Below the pieces are notes generated by a model. It made no database searches and was not told where the DNA came from. It saw only the letters and a program-made list of their open reading frames with translations. Shown piece after piece: positions 27,998-43,858 of a DNA stretch of 64,000 nt (position 1 is its first letter; every line of letters begins with the position of its first letter). Position numbers and translations under genes: made by a program. Origin of the DNA: the human T2T-CHM13v2.0 reference genome, Homo sapiens. The stretch is from NCBI RefSeq assembly GCF_009914755.1, contig NC_060938.1; one strand, 5' to 3'.

Positions 27998-30651
27998 GAT
28001 TCAGAAACTTTCTAGCTACATGTCATGAAAAATCAGACTATATTTATGACTAATTTGACATAGAGAGCAATTCTAAATGATTTCATTAGTCCCAGACTTT
28101 TATTCACTTTCTATGTTCCCTGTCTACAAATTCAGCTATCTCCAAATACAATTCTGCAGGTAAAACCATAGCCATTTGCACCTGTTTGAGAGGAAGTAAC
28201 CTCACGAGGAAAGACCATTAACCCTAATGTTTGGTGAGGTCCTAACACCTTCTTTATTGTAACAAGTAGGCAGTGACTAAACTCTTTCTTGCCTCATGCC
28301 AAACATTACAAATATCTATTGTGTAACCCAGAGGGGGAAGCTTTCAGCGGTCACTGTGCCTACTTATAGCCATATTTAGGTAGTGCTATAAATGAGTTCA
28401 AATGCAGGAAGAAGCTTTATTTAACAGAAGTTTTCTAACTCAGGACAGAAAACACTCAAACATTCTCCAAATATATAGAAATTCATGAACATTCTGGCAC
28501 AGATTAAGAGAAAAGATGCAGTTTTAACATTTCTTTTTGCTTCTCTTGAATATTTTAATATTATACCTTTTTAAAAATTAATGTTATACCTTAATACTCT
28601 CTCATAGTTGTCATCACACTGAAAGTATCATTTTCCCCTTATTTGTGCCAGGTTTCTTATACATAATAATCAACCATTTATCACATCAATCACTATACCC
28701 TTCTTTCTACACTGGGTTTTGGAGGCAGTTAGTGTGGTTCACAGGCAAAGACATGTGGAGTATACTTGGAGATGGTGTGGCCATCATGCATTCCTGTGCT
28801 TAACTTTTTTCCAAATATTCTGGACTTGGTTCCAAGGACCGTGGGTACAGACAGTTATCGCTGCCATTACTTTAACACAATTCCAGCTATCCAGAAGAAA
28901 AGTGAAGTTCAGAATTCCTACTATAGTCCAGAGAACAAACAAAATAAAACAAACAAAAACACCCCAGGAAATTTAAAGGCATAATAAGGTACTCAGCATA
29001 CAAAATAAAAATCTTTTCATACTTTATGCACACAGCAATAAACAAGAAGAAAATGTTGCTTTTATTTCATTTGCTTTATTTATAAGATAGTTATTTCAAA
29101 CACTAAAGGATTTTAGAAAGTAAAAGTGTTTCTCCTTTTTAATCCAATCTTAGTTTTGTTTTAGATTTATATTCTTTTTGATATCTTCTTATATAAACAA
29201 AAATAAATATAACCAAATATACAATATTTTAATATACGTCAGTTCATCAAAATAGACTATTCTGAAGCTAATCATTTTTAATTTAACACCTTACCATGGA
29301 CATAATTACATTGTACACACAATATATATTATTTCTACTGTCTCATAGCATACTTCTATGTTATATTTAACCAAGTTGCTGAAACTGCTATTTAAAAATT
29401 AAAACAGGAAAAAGAATGTTTTCTTTACATTTTCATCAAGTTTGGATAAGTAAGCAAATGACTCTGATTTGCCTCCCTTGGCTTACATGACTGCCCTGGT
29501 GTTCAGGACAGAAAGACAGAGAATTGTAACAAGTCATTTCTCCAGAACTCCCTGGAGTGCCAGAGGCAGTTCTGCAGACATAGGACTTCTTTAGCAGATG
29601 AAGGAGGAAGAAATACTTGGAAAACGAAAGCTACAGACATCCACTACAAAATGAAACCTCTGCAAATTTAAACAAAATGAAATACATTTAAAGAATAATG
29701 CACTTTGAAAGAATACTCTAAAGCCAACTATTCCAAGGTTGTCCTTATAAGAAAAGTAATTCTGCTCAGAGTCCAGTGCAGGATTACTTGTTGCATTTAT
29801 TTCATGGAGTTTATTAGTCTCTATCTGGAACACTTCTTCAGAATGTCATTAATGTTTATACATTTTTAATTTAATATGTTATCTCCCAGGTTTCCTTGCT
29901 ATAAAGAAAGCACATTTCTCTTAGGAGTTAGCAATTGTGAGGAGATATTTTGAGACTGTAAAAACACCCTATTTTTCATCAAAATTAGACCCACTATTTT
30001 AACATTGACTTATGCCTGAATCAATTATTACTATGATCTTTGCCAAATGGTGGTTTTTACTAGCTCGATTATTGTTTCTTTGCTTATTCGTTGTTTCTTT
30101 GCTTATTCATTGCCATTCTATTACTATAAAGAAGACCATTTCCTTCCCTACTACTTGTTTATATGCTTATTATATCATATTGACTGATGAATTCCTATGT
30201 TATTCAACAGGTTAATACATTGCTATCATGTATTTTGTTGTTAAAATTGGATGTAACTCACTTTAAGCATCCCGGTTTTAAAAGCTTCATTTTAGCAAAT
30301 ATTATGCTGCATTTTTAATGAGTGTCTACATGTTTTCCATCTTTACTGAACTGTCTGGGCAGAGAGACCTTGTGTTATTTATCTCTGTATTTCCAATGTC
30401 TGACAGAATGCTTGCATAGTAGTAGTGATCAGCAAACGTTTGTTGGGTGAATAGAAGGCTGCAATAGCTCTCATGTGAGTTACGTTAATTTTAAAGGTTT
30501 TATTGAAGTAGATTGTAATATGCAGAATGGTGCAAAAAGTAAATGTACAGCTCTATTAATTATTACAAACTGAATCTTTATGTAAACACCACCTTGGTCA
30601 AGAAAAAGACTATTGCCAACAGCCTAGACATTCCCCTCATACCCTGCCTAT

Positions 30652-30993
30652 TGATGTGGTTTGGCTCTGTGTCCCCACCCAAATCTCATCTCAAATCGTC
30701 ATCCTCATGTGTTGAGGGAGGGACCTGGTGTGAGGTGATCAGATCATGCGGGCGGTTTGTTCCATGCTGTTCTCACGAGATCTGATGGTTTAAAAATATT
30801 TGGCAGTACCCCTCCGCCTACTTCACTCACCTTCTCTCTCCTATTGTCATGTAAGACGTGCCATGCTTTACCTTCCACAGTGTTTTCTGAGACCTCTCCA
30901 GCCATGCAGAACTGTGAGTCAATTAAACCTCTTTTCGTTATAAATTACCAAGTCTTAGGTAGTTCTTTATAGCAGTATGAATGGACTAATACA
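30652..30993 (+). mobile_element. MST/THE1-type MaLR solo LTR inserted in L1M
   Basis: tgatgtggtttggctctgtgtccccacccaaatctcatctc...gaactgtgagtcaattaaacct...ggactaataca. Confidence 0.9.
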
Positions 30994-31632
30994 CTCATGT
31001 TTTCTCTTCCAAATAAGCAAACCAAACCCAAACAAACAAAATAAAACCCACTATCTTGAGTTCTACATTATTAATTATTTTAGCCTGTTTTTACATCTTG
31101 TAGAATCACCCAGTACTTTATGTGATTTTATTTACCTAGTGTTACTCTTGCGACATTCATTTGTATTTTTGTATATTAAAGGGGGGTTAATTAATTTTTT
31201 CTTTTATATTGTTCAATTATATTAATTCCAACATTTATGGACATTTGAATTCCTTCTTTTTTTTCGTGATTGCATATAATGCTGATAGGAACATTCCCAT
31301 ACATATCTTTTAGTGCCTATGAGCATGCACTCGTGTTGGATATATGCCATTTGTGAAAAGGCTGGATCATAATTTATACATGCACATACAACATTAAGTA
31401 GAAAATGCCAAGTTATGATTGTGCAAATTACAGACAGAGTATGAGAGTAGATGTTGCTCTATCTATAATTGACAACTTTATTTTTTATGAGGGGTCATTG
31501 GTGGATGTGTATATATGTAGTAGTAACACAGTGTTATTTTATTCTGTATTTTCTTGATGACTAGTAAGGTTGACTACCTCTTCATATGTATATTGGCTTT
31601 TAATAATCACTTTTCATGAAGTGCTTATTTAA

Positions 31633-31940
<308 letters not shown>

Positions 31941-32462
31941 TAAGTCTCTTCTTAATCAGTCTTACTAGTGGGTAGTAAATTCTAATAGATATCTTAAATA
32001 ATATTTTTGTTTGTGATCTTTCCTATCTTATATTTGCTTTCTACTTCAATAATTTCTCCTCTTGTCTTTATTATACTATTTTACTTGCTTAGGATTAATT
32101 TGTTGTTCTCTTTAAAACATTTGAAGATTGATGAGTAGTCATTGCCTTTCAACCTTCCTTATTTTCCAAAAAATGTCTTTAAGATTATACATTGACCTAT
32201 TGGTGATTATAGTTATATCCCACAAGATTTGATATATAGAGATTTTAATCATCATTTAATTCAGAATGTTTTCTAATCTATTTTATGATTTCTCTTTTGA
32301 CCCATGGGTTATTTAGAGTGCACTGGCCAATTTCTACACAAATGCATATTTTATAGACGTTTTCCTTATGAATTTCCAGTTTAATTGCACTGCAGTATAA
32401 ATTATTCTGAATAAATACAATTCTTTGAAATTTTGTAGGCTAGTTTTAATTTAAAGAATGAT

Positions 32463-33265
32463 TTGTTTTATTATTATACTTTAAGTTCTGGGATAGACTT
32501 GGAGAACGTGCAGGTTTGTTACATAGGTATACACGTCGCATTGTCGTTTTCTGCACCCATCAAACTGTCATCTACATTAGGTATTTCTCCTAATGCCATC
32601 CCTCCCCTAGCCCCCAACCCCCAACAGGCCCCGGTTATGTGATCTCCCTCTCCCTGTGTCCTTGTGTTATCATTGTTCAACTCCCACTTATGAGTGAAAA
32701 CATGCAGTGTTTGGCTTTCTGTTCCTGTGTTAGTTTGCTGAGAATGATGGTTTCCAGCTTCATGCAGAGGACATGAACTCATCCTTTTCTTTAAGGCTTC
32801 ATAGTATTCCATGGTATATATCCACATTTGCTTTATCCAGTCTGTCATTGATGGGCATTTGGGTTGGTTTCAAGTCTTTGCTATTGTGAATAGTGCTACA
32901 ATAAACACACATGTGCGTGTGTCTTTATAGTGGAATGATTTATAATCCTTTGGGTATAACCCAGTAATGGAATTGCTGGGTCACATGGTATTTCTGGTTC
33001 TAGATCTTTGAGGAATTGCTACACTGTCTTCCCCAATGGTTGAACTAATTTACACTCCCGCCAACCGTGTCAAAGTGTTCCTATTTCTCCAAATCCTCTC
33101 CAGCATCTGTTGTTTCCTGACTTTTTAATGATTGCCATTCTAACTGGCGTGAGATGGTATCTCATTGTGGTTTTGATTTGCATTTCTCTAATGACAAGTG
33201 ATGATGAGCATTTTTTCATATGTTTGTTGGCTACATAAATGTCTTCTTTGAGAAGTGTTTGTTCT
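32463..33265 (-). mobile_element. 5'-truncated L1PA (L1PA7/8-like), 3'UTR plus ORF2 C-terminal fragment
   Basis: ttattatactttaagttctggg 3' end. Minus-strand peptide [42 protein letters not shown] is L1 ORF2p. Confidence 0.93.
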
Positions 33266-33269
33266 CCCT

Positions 33270-33469
33270 GTTTGTCTGTCTTCAAATATCCCCTTTTATA
33301 GCGACATGAGTTATGTGGGATTAGAAGCCCACCCTACTCCAGTGTGACTTTATCTTAACCATTTACATCTGCAGTAACCTTATCACCAAATAAGGTCACA
33401 TTCTGAGGTACTGGGAGTTTAGGACTTCAATATATAAATTTTAGGATGAACACAATTCAACCCATAACA
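33270..33469 (-). mobile_element. MLT1B/C-like LTR fragment
   Basis: aaataaggtcacattctgaggtactggg...ggacttcaa...aattcaacccataaca. Confidence 0.8.
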
Positions 33470-33829
33470 GTGGGTAGATAGCCCATCTATATTTTTATTG
33501 ATGTATTTTTGTTTACATATACTACATTAGTGTTTACATTCCCTTTCTCTGACCTATTATACTTTATTTTCTTTTCTCTCCTTTTTTGGTTGATTATTTT
33601 TCCCTTGGGATAATGAAAAGCTTTTACTATCATTCTCATTCCTCTCCTCTATCAGCTATTACATTGTACCTTATTTTATATGATTTTATAATATATATTC
33701 TTAATTTATTACAAGATGACTTAGTTAATTACTTTGCCACTTTTTAGGCAGCAAACCACATCACATTAAAAATAGCTTCTTGGTTTTTATAGAATTTTAC
33801 TTTTCTATTTTTAAAAAAATTTGTGTATC

Positions 33830-34985
33830 ATTATTTTAGAACAGTTGTATTGAGATATAATTCATGTGCCATTCAATCTCCTCATTAAAGCTGTGCAATC
33901 TAGTGTTTTTTAGTGTATTTACAAAGTTGTGCCACCATTACCATAATCACATTTAAGAACACTTTTGTCATCCCACAAAAAAACCATACTCATCAGAACC
34001 ACTCCCCATGCCCCATCCCCAACTCCATATAACCACCACTCTACTTTCCATCTCTGAATCTATTGATTTTGGATATCACATATAAATGGAATTGTATTAT
34101 ATGCAGTATTTTTTGACAGGCTGTTTTTATGTAGCATGATTTCAAGGTTCATTTATGGTATTGCGTATATCAGTACTGCATTATTTTTATTGCCAAATAA
34201 TATAGCATTGTGTGAATATGCCAGGTTTTATTAATCCATTCATCAGCCGATAGACATTTGAATTGTTTCCACATTTTTGCCATAATGAGTAATATTGCTC
34301 TCACAATTTTTGTACAAGTTTTTTTGTCACCATATTTTCATTTCTCTGGTGTGTAATTAGGAATGGAAATGTTAAGTCATATGGTAACCATATATTTAAC
34401 ATTTTAAGCAATTATATTTAACTGCTTGCAAAGTGGCTACACATATTTGCATTTGCAAAATCAATGTATGAGGATATCAATTTCATTACATGTTCACCAA
34501 CACTTGCTTTCATCTTTCTCTTTGGCTATAACCATTCTAATGTGTGCAAAGTGGTATCTCATTATTGTTTTGTTTTACATTCCCTTGATATTTGACATAT
34601 TTTCATGTATTTATAGATGATTTGTATATCTTATTTTGAGAAATGTCTATTGAAAATTCTTTGCCCAATTATAATCTGTTTGTCTTCCTATTATTAAGTT
34701 GTAAAAGTCATTTATATGTTCTTGAATACCAGACCCTTATCATAAGTATGATTTTCAACTACTTTTTCTGATCTTGCAAGTTGTCATTTCATTTTCTTTA
34801 TGGAATCATTTGATGCACAAAAGGTTTAAATTTTGATGACCAATTTTGCTTCATTTATTATTTGGGATTTGATGACACATCTAAAAAACTACTCCCAATT
34901 TCAAGGCCACAACAATTTACACCTCTGTTTTTATCTAGAAGTTTTATGGGGTTAGATATTACATTTGGATCCATTAGTTAAGTTT
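33830..34985 (-). mobile_element. L1MB-like 3' fragment
   Basis: attgagatataattcat...tatttacaaagttgtgccaccattacc...gtggtatctcatt...gagaaatgtctatt. Confidence 0.8.
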
Positions 34986-37900
34986 GGTAAAGGAAGTGGG
35001 TTCATTCTCCATCATTCATTTTTCTTTCTTCCTGGGAATTCTGACAATTATAGATTGTGTTAACAGGGTTTCTTACACTAAAAAAGAGATCAGAGAGAAA
35101 ACACCTTTAAAGAATTTTCTCATCTTCTGTAGGCTCAGGGCAGTTACAGCTGAGGAGCAAGTCTAGGTTACCATTAAAAGAGCTGCAGATACACTGCCAC
35201 TATTAAATCCTCTACTCTTGGGTCTCTTAGCATGAGATAAAATCACTGGCAGAGAAGAAGTTTCACCCCGAGTTATGGTATATCCGAACCAAGGAGGCCA
35301 AGGATCTCCAAAATGTGCAAATAAACTATGTAAACTCCCTCGAACCTGGTCTTATTGCTTAGTTGCCTTTCCTTCAACTCACCCTGATAACCCCGTGCCA
35401 TTTTATATTATTATATAAGAAAGGAGAAAAGCCTTCTATGTTTTTGTTTGGTTTTTATCTTTATATCACTTATGTAGAACAGCCAAACAGGCAAGCTCCT
35501 TTATAGAGAAAAATCACAGAATTTAAAATCATCACATAATTAACAAGTTGCATTTAAGAGACAAATCAAATATACCTGATTTTAACACACATATGACTTA
35601 ATCTCTAAACAATAACATAGACACATATCAGTGTTGTCTCCCACAAGTAATTTTGATTAGTGAATCCAGAATATGACCTAGATTATATTATTAGCTACAT
35701 AATATTGGATCATATTATTATATGGACCACATGCTCTTATTTATGTAGTTGTCAATGTAATTTATCTTACATAGTGAGATACACAGTCTACAAATCACGA
35801 AGAACTGTCTTCCAAAACTACACTGAAAAGGTTATTGACATAACCTTTAATTATATACATTACTTTAAGACCAGCCTCCTTAAATCCATAAGGCAGTACA
35901 AGTATGGTATGAGAATATTTTCAATGAAGGTGATAAAACATACTGGATAGGAATATAGACTTTAGATTTAAATATGTATATTTGGAATGGAAGCTGTGAT
36001 TTTTAATAGTTCTTTGACTCTTGATGATTTACTTAGACTCTTGGAACCTATATTTTAAAGGTATTATAATACCTACATAAGAGTGTCATGTTAAATGTTA
36101 GTTGGTGTATTATACATATGCACACATCTGTGTGTGTGTGTGGAGGGGTATGTGTGTGCATGGGTGCACATGGTGAAAATCCTAATGCCCTGGTTTTAAT
36201 CCAAATCTCTGGCTTATGAAAAGAGATTTATGTTTTACATAAAGCAAATCTCTATATTTCAACTTACTTCCACCTGATTTTTAATTCTTTCCACTCATTT
36301 TTCCAGACTGCCAATTAAGTTTTGTTTTGGTTAGGATGGGTGGCATGTATTAAATGTGAATTTACACTGGTGTTGATGCTTCATGTGTACATCATCCCAG
36401 CTGATTCTCAGTTCACAGCAGATCTCCATATTACATTCTCCTTATGTATTTTATCTCCATCAGATCTCTGCCATTTTGTTCAGTGAAGAATTGGCTGAAA
36501 AAATCTCCTCATTCAGACTTTTTATTTTTTGTCACTTCTCACCTTTTTTCACTTCCTTGCTCACCTTTTCTCACTTCCTTGCTGCCTTCCCTCATATCCT
36601 CCCTCTTTGTCTTATGCTAACTGGGAATATTTTTTTCATTTCTTCTTTGTCTCTGTTTGCCATAATTGCAAAAAGAACTTTTGTAGGGGAGAGATCTTCC
36701 AGGAAATCAGATAGAAAGTGTAGGACAGATCTCCTGACTCCTAGAAAGCATTAATGTTTTCACTTTATATTTATAAATATATTTCACTTATATTCACCAT
36801 GGAGTTGCTATCCATATGTATGTTTTTGTTTTTGTACTTTTTTCTCCAGGCCACAATTTTTTAATCACATTCCTCTGTGACAGAGAAAATCAAACAAAAA
36901 GCAGCAGCAAACTAGTTGGGATGCAATACAGTAAAAAAGTTTTCTCCAAGACATAGCCCTTCAAAAGCTCATAAAAATTAACTTTTCTTTACTTTTTTTG
37001 TATTTTATTTAGATTTTGACTACCTATTGAATAGCAGATGACAAGGTTCTAAATATTTGGCTAGTGGAAAGAATGAACAATGGAATATGTAAAGGAACTA
37101 GAACTTTAGGACAAAAAGTTACCGTATTGAGTAGTATTTTAATTATCATGCTCCTTCAAGCTTAGCACCAACACAAAGAAACCAATTGAATGCACGGTGG
37201 TAGCCAGACTATTTCTAGTTCTAATTTTATTAGTGATAATAGTGTTGGTAGTCATTTACTTATCTAAAAAATCCTGAATAAGTGCTTAAAAATTGGCCTC
37301 TCCAGAGGGCACATAAATATGAGTCCCTGTTCTCCAACTATCCACCACCTACTGATGCATGGTATGAATGGAATGTAGGCCATGAAATGTCTTTAGAAGA
37401 CATCTCTTTGCTCCCTGACTCCTTCCACTGCGTTAGCAGTATCTAATTTGCCAAAATGAGAAGCATTTGAATAGAGGCCATTACTAGTCTTAGGACACAT
37501 TGAATACTTTTCAATATTTTAAGCCATTTAAAACATTTTTGTGAAATGCATTATTCATACCAAAAAGTGCATAAAACATACATGTGTAGTACAATGAGTA
37601 ATTATAAAATGACTGCCATGCAGCCTGCTTTTCGGTGTAGAAATTGAACATGCCAGTACCTTCAAATACTATATGTCCCATGGAAACTACATTCCCTCCA
37701 ATCACTGGCAAATAAACATAGTGCACACGTTTACGCTAATCACTTAATTTGCATTTAGTTATGATTCCATCACCATTTAAATATGTCCTTGGTTTTGAAA
37801 TTTATATATAAATAAAATCCAGAGTATTCACTCATTTGTGTCTTTATTTTGTCAACATTATGCTTACAAGCAACATGTTACTGCTGGAGTGGTAGTTATT

Positions 37901-38335
37901 CATTTCCATTGCTTTGTAGTATTTTCTTGTTCTCTCCAATTTATATTTCTGTTCTACTCTGAGTGGGCAACTTGGTTGTTTCCAGTTTGACATTATCACA
38001 AATGACACTGCTGAAAGGAAAACACTTTTTGCATGTCTCCTGAGCACCTGTACAACACCACAGGTCTGTTAGGAAGTCCCTATTTTCATCATCAGAAAAA
38101 GCTCTCAGAACAAAATTGTCTTTAAGAAGTAAGTTTACCTCTATGGCATCTTACGTTTCCTAAATGTCAGTCTGCTATTCCTCATTGTGTTAACTTTATG
38201 CAGCTTTTTTTTTTTTAAAAAAAGGTTTTTATTAGTATTTCATTCAGCTTAAAGAGGTATCCAAATTATCTAGCCTGGCGTTGTTGAAATAAAAATTATA
38301 TCGAGTACTATTTTAGTTTTAGTTTTTTACATAGT

Positions 38336-38692
38336 TGTATTAGTCTGTTTTCATGCTGCTGATAAAGATGTACCCAAGACTGGATAATTTATAAAGAAAA
38401 AGAGGTTTAATGGACTCACTGTCCCACATGGCTGGGGAGGCCTCACAATCATGTTGGAAGGCTAAAGGCACATCTTACATGGTGGCAGACAAGAGAGAGC
38501 TTGTGCAGGGAAACTCCCCCTTATAAAACCATCAGATCTTGTGAGACGTGTTCACTATCATGAGAACAGCAAGAGAAAGACCCATCCCCATGATTCAGTT
38601 ATCTCACACTGGGTCCCTCGCATGACACATGGGAATTGTGGGAGCTACAATTCAACATGAGATTTGGGTGGGGACACAGCCAAACCATATCA
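38336..38692 (-). mobile_element. THE1 (B/C-like) solo LTR
   Basis: tgtattagtctgttttcatgctgctgataaag...cagccaaaccatatca. TSD atagt/ataat. Confidence 0.92.
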
Positions 38693-38754
38693 ATAATTGT
38701 GACCATGGTGCACATTTTACTTTTAGCTCAATTTTTAATCTAAATATTTTTTAT

Positions 38755-39650
38755 TAGTTTACTATGGCTGTGAAATGAATAAAGACTGAGGGCTTAAAAC
38801 AGTACACATGTATTATCTCCAGTTGTCATGGAGTAGGAATCTAAACACATCTTAGCTGGGTCTTCTGTTCAAGGCTATGATAAATGTATTGGCCTGGTTG
38901 AGTTTTCATTTGGAGGCTTAACTAGGGAAGAACTCACTTCCAAGCTCCTTCAGGTTGTTGGTAAAATTCATTTTCTCACTGCTGTAGAATTATGACAGTT
39001 TGATTTTTCAAAGCCAGCAATTAAGAGAGGGAATCTGCTGTTTGGAGTCTCTAACTTCAGGAAAAATACCTTCCTTCAAACGATTTGCCCAATATGACAT
39101 CCCTCAAAATAACTGTATTAATCTGTTTTCCTGCTGCTAATAAAGATATACTCCAGATTGGGTAATTTAAAAGGAAAGAGGTTTAATTGACTCACAGTTC
39201 CACACGGCTAGGGAGGCCTCATAATCACGGCAGAAAGTAAATGAGGAGCAAAGTCATGTCTTACATGGCAGCAGGCAAGAAAGCATGTGCAGGGGAACTC
39301 CCCTTTATAAAACCATCAGGTTTCTTGAGACTTATTCACTATCATGAAAACAGCACTGGGAAAATCCACCCCCAATGGGTCTATCCCACAACACATGGCA
39401 ATTATTACAATTCAAGGTAATATTTGAGTGGGTGCACAGAGCCAAACCATATCAATAACTCTCTTTTTATTAACTCAAAGTCAAATAATTGGGAGTTGTA
39501 CATACAATACAAACTGCCTTTTTTTACTGACATTTAATATTGATTAGAAGTTTTAGCTTTTAACTACACTCAATGGAATAAGATTACACAAAAGTGTATA
39601 CACCAGGGAGTAGCAATAACAGGGACATTTTAGAATTATGCCAACATACA
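38755..39650 (-). mobile_element. Old MLT1 LTR interrupted by THE1
   Basis: ggcttaaaacagtacacatgtattatctc...cttccaagctccttcaggttgttggtaaaattca. Resumes after 39459 and ends gaattatgccaacataca. Confidence 0.65.
39114..39454 (-). mobile_element. THE1 solo LTR nested in MLT1
   Basis: tgtatta...gagccaaaccatatca with perfect 5-bp TSD ATAAC (39109-13, 39455-59). Confidence 0.92.
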
Positions 39651-40081
39651 TTGTAGCACATGTTTTATTATTATTTTTAACTCTCAAAAATTTTTTATGA
39701 CTGTCTTATATTACAACCGACCAGGTATATTATAATTCATCTAAATACTAGATTATCAGTACATATTAGGTTGCATATGTCAGTTTTTAAGGTTTGAAAA
39801 ATTCCAATCATATCTGATAAATATTTAGGCCTTGATATTCTCAGCTAGAAATAAGTGCTTTTAAAAACTAGAAAAAAATGAGAAATGGGGTCTTATTTAA
39901 AAATCATCCAATTCTATTTTTAAAATCCTAGGGACAAAAGTAGATACTAGATTTATCTCATTAAAAAAAATGCTTGCATCAATAGCTTTGCCAATTGAAA
40001 AATTAAAAATAATCATCAAATCAAAAGTAATTATTATTTTGTGTAATAACAAATAACAGTAAAAACATACTCCCAGATTTA

Positions 40082-40411
<330 letters not shown>

Positions 40412-42157
40412 TCAAATAGCACATACTTATTGTTTGCAAAGCAGCCGTATCTATCCATTATATCCTCCAAGGTTTTCTACTCACAGTATCCTGTTTATTT
40501 CAACATCTCTCCCACCCTGATTTAAACCAGAAAGTTACCTTCAAAAATAGATTACCCTAATTAATTTATTATCTCTTATCACAGTCCAACTTTTTTTACT
40601 AATTCTAATTAATATTACTCTACCTGCTGTTTTACCCAAGCTAAAGTTGAGGACATTAGCCAACACTTGTACTTACTCCACATATTTAACCAATAACCAT
40701 GTTGGTAAGCTTTTTTTAATTATTATTTTACATTCTTATAGTTAGGGAATGTGGGCTCAATGGCTTTTTTAAAATAAGAATTTCTTTAGCTGGTTTGAAA
40801 TAATAATCTCTCCTATCTAAGTTACTATCAAGAAATGCTTCAGAGACTGAATGAACAGTGCCTACCTGCTGATAGATGACAGATGTAGGCTAAATGTGTT
40901 TATTCACTTTAATCATCATATAATATTTGTTTTTAGTAATTTTTGTTACAGCTTACAGCTATACCTGTCAAAAACTTCTCAATTAGTAGATAACTTTTAT
41001 GGCTATGACTAATCACTAATGTGGATGATTTACTATTGAAAGAACCCAAGTTACTTTTAACTTTTTGAAAAATTTACAGAAAAGAGCTACACACAAAAAG
41101 TATCTAAAGTGTCTATAGACATATAGACTTGAATGCATGCTATGTTTTTTTCTAATCATTTTAGCATATTCATATTTGATGCTTTAATGATTTAAAATCA
41201 CACTGTAACCAATTGAAATTAGTTTGGCTATAAATAACAGACTTTTCAAAATAGTAGTAGTTTAAACATGTTAGAGAGCAATCCAGGGCTGGAAGAGTAA
41301 ATTCAAGGCAATTAGGAATGAGTCCTTATCATCCTTGCTCATGACTCTCATCTTCAAGATTACCTTAATGTCCCAGTTTGGTGCTAGGGTTCCACACATT
41401 ATATTCGAACTGTAATTTGAAAGAAGGCAAACAGCACAGGATAAGTGGTAGATCCCATCTCAGTTATCTCCGTGTAAGCAGCCTGCTCTGAAGTTCTCAA
41501 CATTTTCGCTTAATATCATTGGAAGGCACAATTTACAAAACAAACATTCTGGGCAATGCAATGGGTAAAAATTAGGTTCTTCTTCTAAAGAAGGGACAAG
41601 TGGATATTAGAAACGCAACTAGTACTTTCTCATAAACACATAACATGGGCACATATGTGTGCACACAGATATGCGTATAGATTTGCATACACAAAAGTAT
41701 ATATGATAGTTTATTCTGTTTTTTCACTAAACTTTTGTCTAAATTCCACTTCTTTATGAGTCATAAACATTTCAATGGCTTGATTTAAAATTCACTGAGT
41801 TGATGTAGCATTGTTCACCCTAAAATTGGTAATAGGCTGTTTCCACTTTGTTATTGTTCTTGCTTACTACACTGTTGCAGTAATGACGGCTGCTGCAGCT
41901 GCTGCTTATGGAGAATCTGTCCTGGGCCAAGAATTTTGTTAAACAGTTTGTATTTACAATGAGTGAATAAAACTGCATCTTGATCCTATTTTCAGGCATA
42001 GTGCAGGATTTGAAGGAAACACAAACTCAAATCACAGAAACACAATTAATGCAGAGCTTTTTTAAATTTTTCTTTAGGGGTAGAAGAGCAGAGTGCACTT
42101 CCCAAAATACAATAAAATGTACTAAATATTCTTAATGCTCCGTTTTCCTAAGACAGA

Positions 42158-42181
42158 AGAGAGAGAAAGAGAGAGGAGAAA

Positions 42182-42219
<38 letters not shown>

Positions 42220-42229
42220 AGGAGAGAGA
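42158..42229. repeat. (GA)n polypurine microsatellite
   Basis: About 70-bp agagagag tract. Confidence 0.9.
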
Positions 42230-43480
42230 CATTGCGTTCAGTGATATAAAATCTTCCATATGGTGTTAGTTTGTCAAAATATTTCTGTAGGAGTACTGCC
42301 GGAACTTTCCACCCACACACATTCTTGGTATTTATACCCTCAGTAAATTCATTTTTTGTCCTTCTGTATGTGGGTATGCCTTTCTTCTCCCATTTTTCAT
42401 GTTCACAGAGACTCAGCTATTCAATTTGATTTTCTGATAGAGATAACTAGGCTACCTCAATGCCCACAATAATATGAAGAGAAATTATTTCCTGAAGAAT
42501 TTTCCATATTTCTAGATGCCTGAATTCTGTCATAGAGCATCTCCATACTGATGATCATTCTTTCTGCATTGCTTTACTACTGTGTTTCTTTAATTGCTAT
42601 GGCAACAGCACAACAGAGCCAATATAACCACAGGGACTACAGTTACAAGAAATGTTAAATACCCTAGGGAAACTGAAATACAGTGGATAGTTTGATATCT
42701 CTGTGGCTCAGAGATTCACCTTTCAGAATTTCAAGGAAAAACTGGATAAAGTAATAAATCATTTATTAGATTTGAAACACCAGTTAATAGCATTCAAATT
42801 TGTATTATAACCTTTTTTATGTCCTTTCAAGTTGTCATAAATCAACGTGAATTCCAGGAAAGAGGCTGCTATATTGGAAGAAACAGGGGTCATCTACTGT
42901 GCTGAGGTAGCAGCATGATGATTTCATTGCATTTCACATTTGTGGCAATGTTCAATGTGTGAGTCTTTCCTAATTCCTGTGACCATTGAAGCCTAATTAT
43001 CCTGCAATGAGATGCAGTAGAAAGAGAACTGGGGCATTAAATTCAGGTTGGAATCTTAGATACCTAATAATGTTTTCTGGCCTTCACTGAGATTCAGATT
43101 CCTCATTAATCAATGATGTAGAACTCAAGATCTTTTTACTCTGATGCTTTCCAAAAGGCACAGATATGTTGAGGCAAACATCTTCAGGTTTGACATTGAT
43201 AGGGAGCAACAGGGCAATATCACAGCAACAATATACTCTGTAACTGAAAGGTAACAACTCTGCTTATTTATCTGAAGCCACATGCCTACCCACATTTTAT
43301 ATAGAATATTGTTCTTTGCTATACTTTCTTGGGTCCTTTCTCCTCTTCCTCATAATGCACTTTAATTTATCAAGTAGAGGAATTTGGCTATCCTTGTTTT
43401 ATTGTACCTACAAAAGCAATGCCCTGGGGAATGTACCTTTCACAAACAAAGTGGATAATCAAATTATTTATCTAAATGAA

Positions 43481-43858
43481 TATATTAGTCAATTCTCACA
43501 CTCCTAATAAAGACATACCCAAGATTGGGTAATTTATAAAGAAAAGAGGTTTAATTGACTCACAGTTTAGCGGGGCTGGAAAGGCCTCAGGGAACTTACA
43601 ATCATTGTGAAAAGAGAAGCAAACATGTCCTTCTTCACATGGTGGCAGCAAGAAGTGCTGAGCAAAAGGAGAAAAAGCCCCTTATAAAATCAGCAGATCT
43701 CATGAGAACTCACTCACTGTCACAAGAATAGCATGAGGGTAACCACCCCTATGATTCAGTTACCCCCCCACCAACTGGGTCCCTCCCATGACACATAGGG
43801 ATTGTAGGAACTACAAATTGAGATGATATTTGGGTGGGGAGAAAGTCAAACAATATCA
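43481..43858 (-). mobile_element. THE1 (C/D-like) solo LTR
   Basis: attagtcaattctcacactcctaataaagacatacccaaga...caaacaatatca. Confidence 0.88.

Noticed and set aside
32519-33285. ORFs similar to L1 ORF2p
   Set aside because: Frameshifted fragments of a 5'-truncated L1PA, not an intact element.
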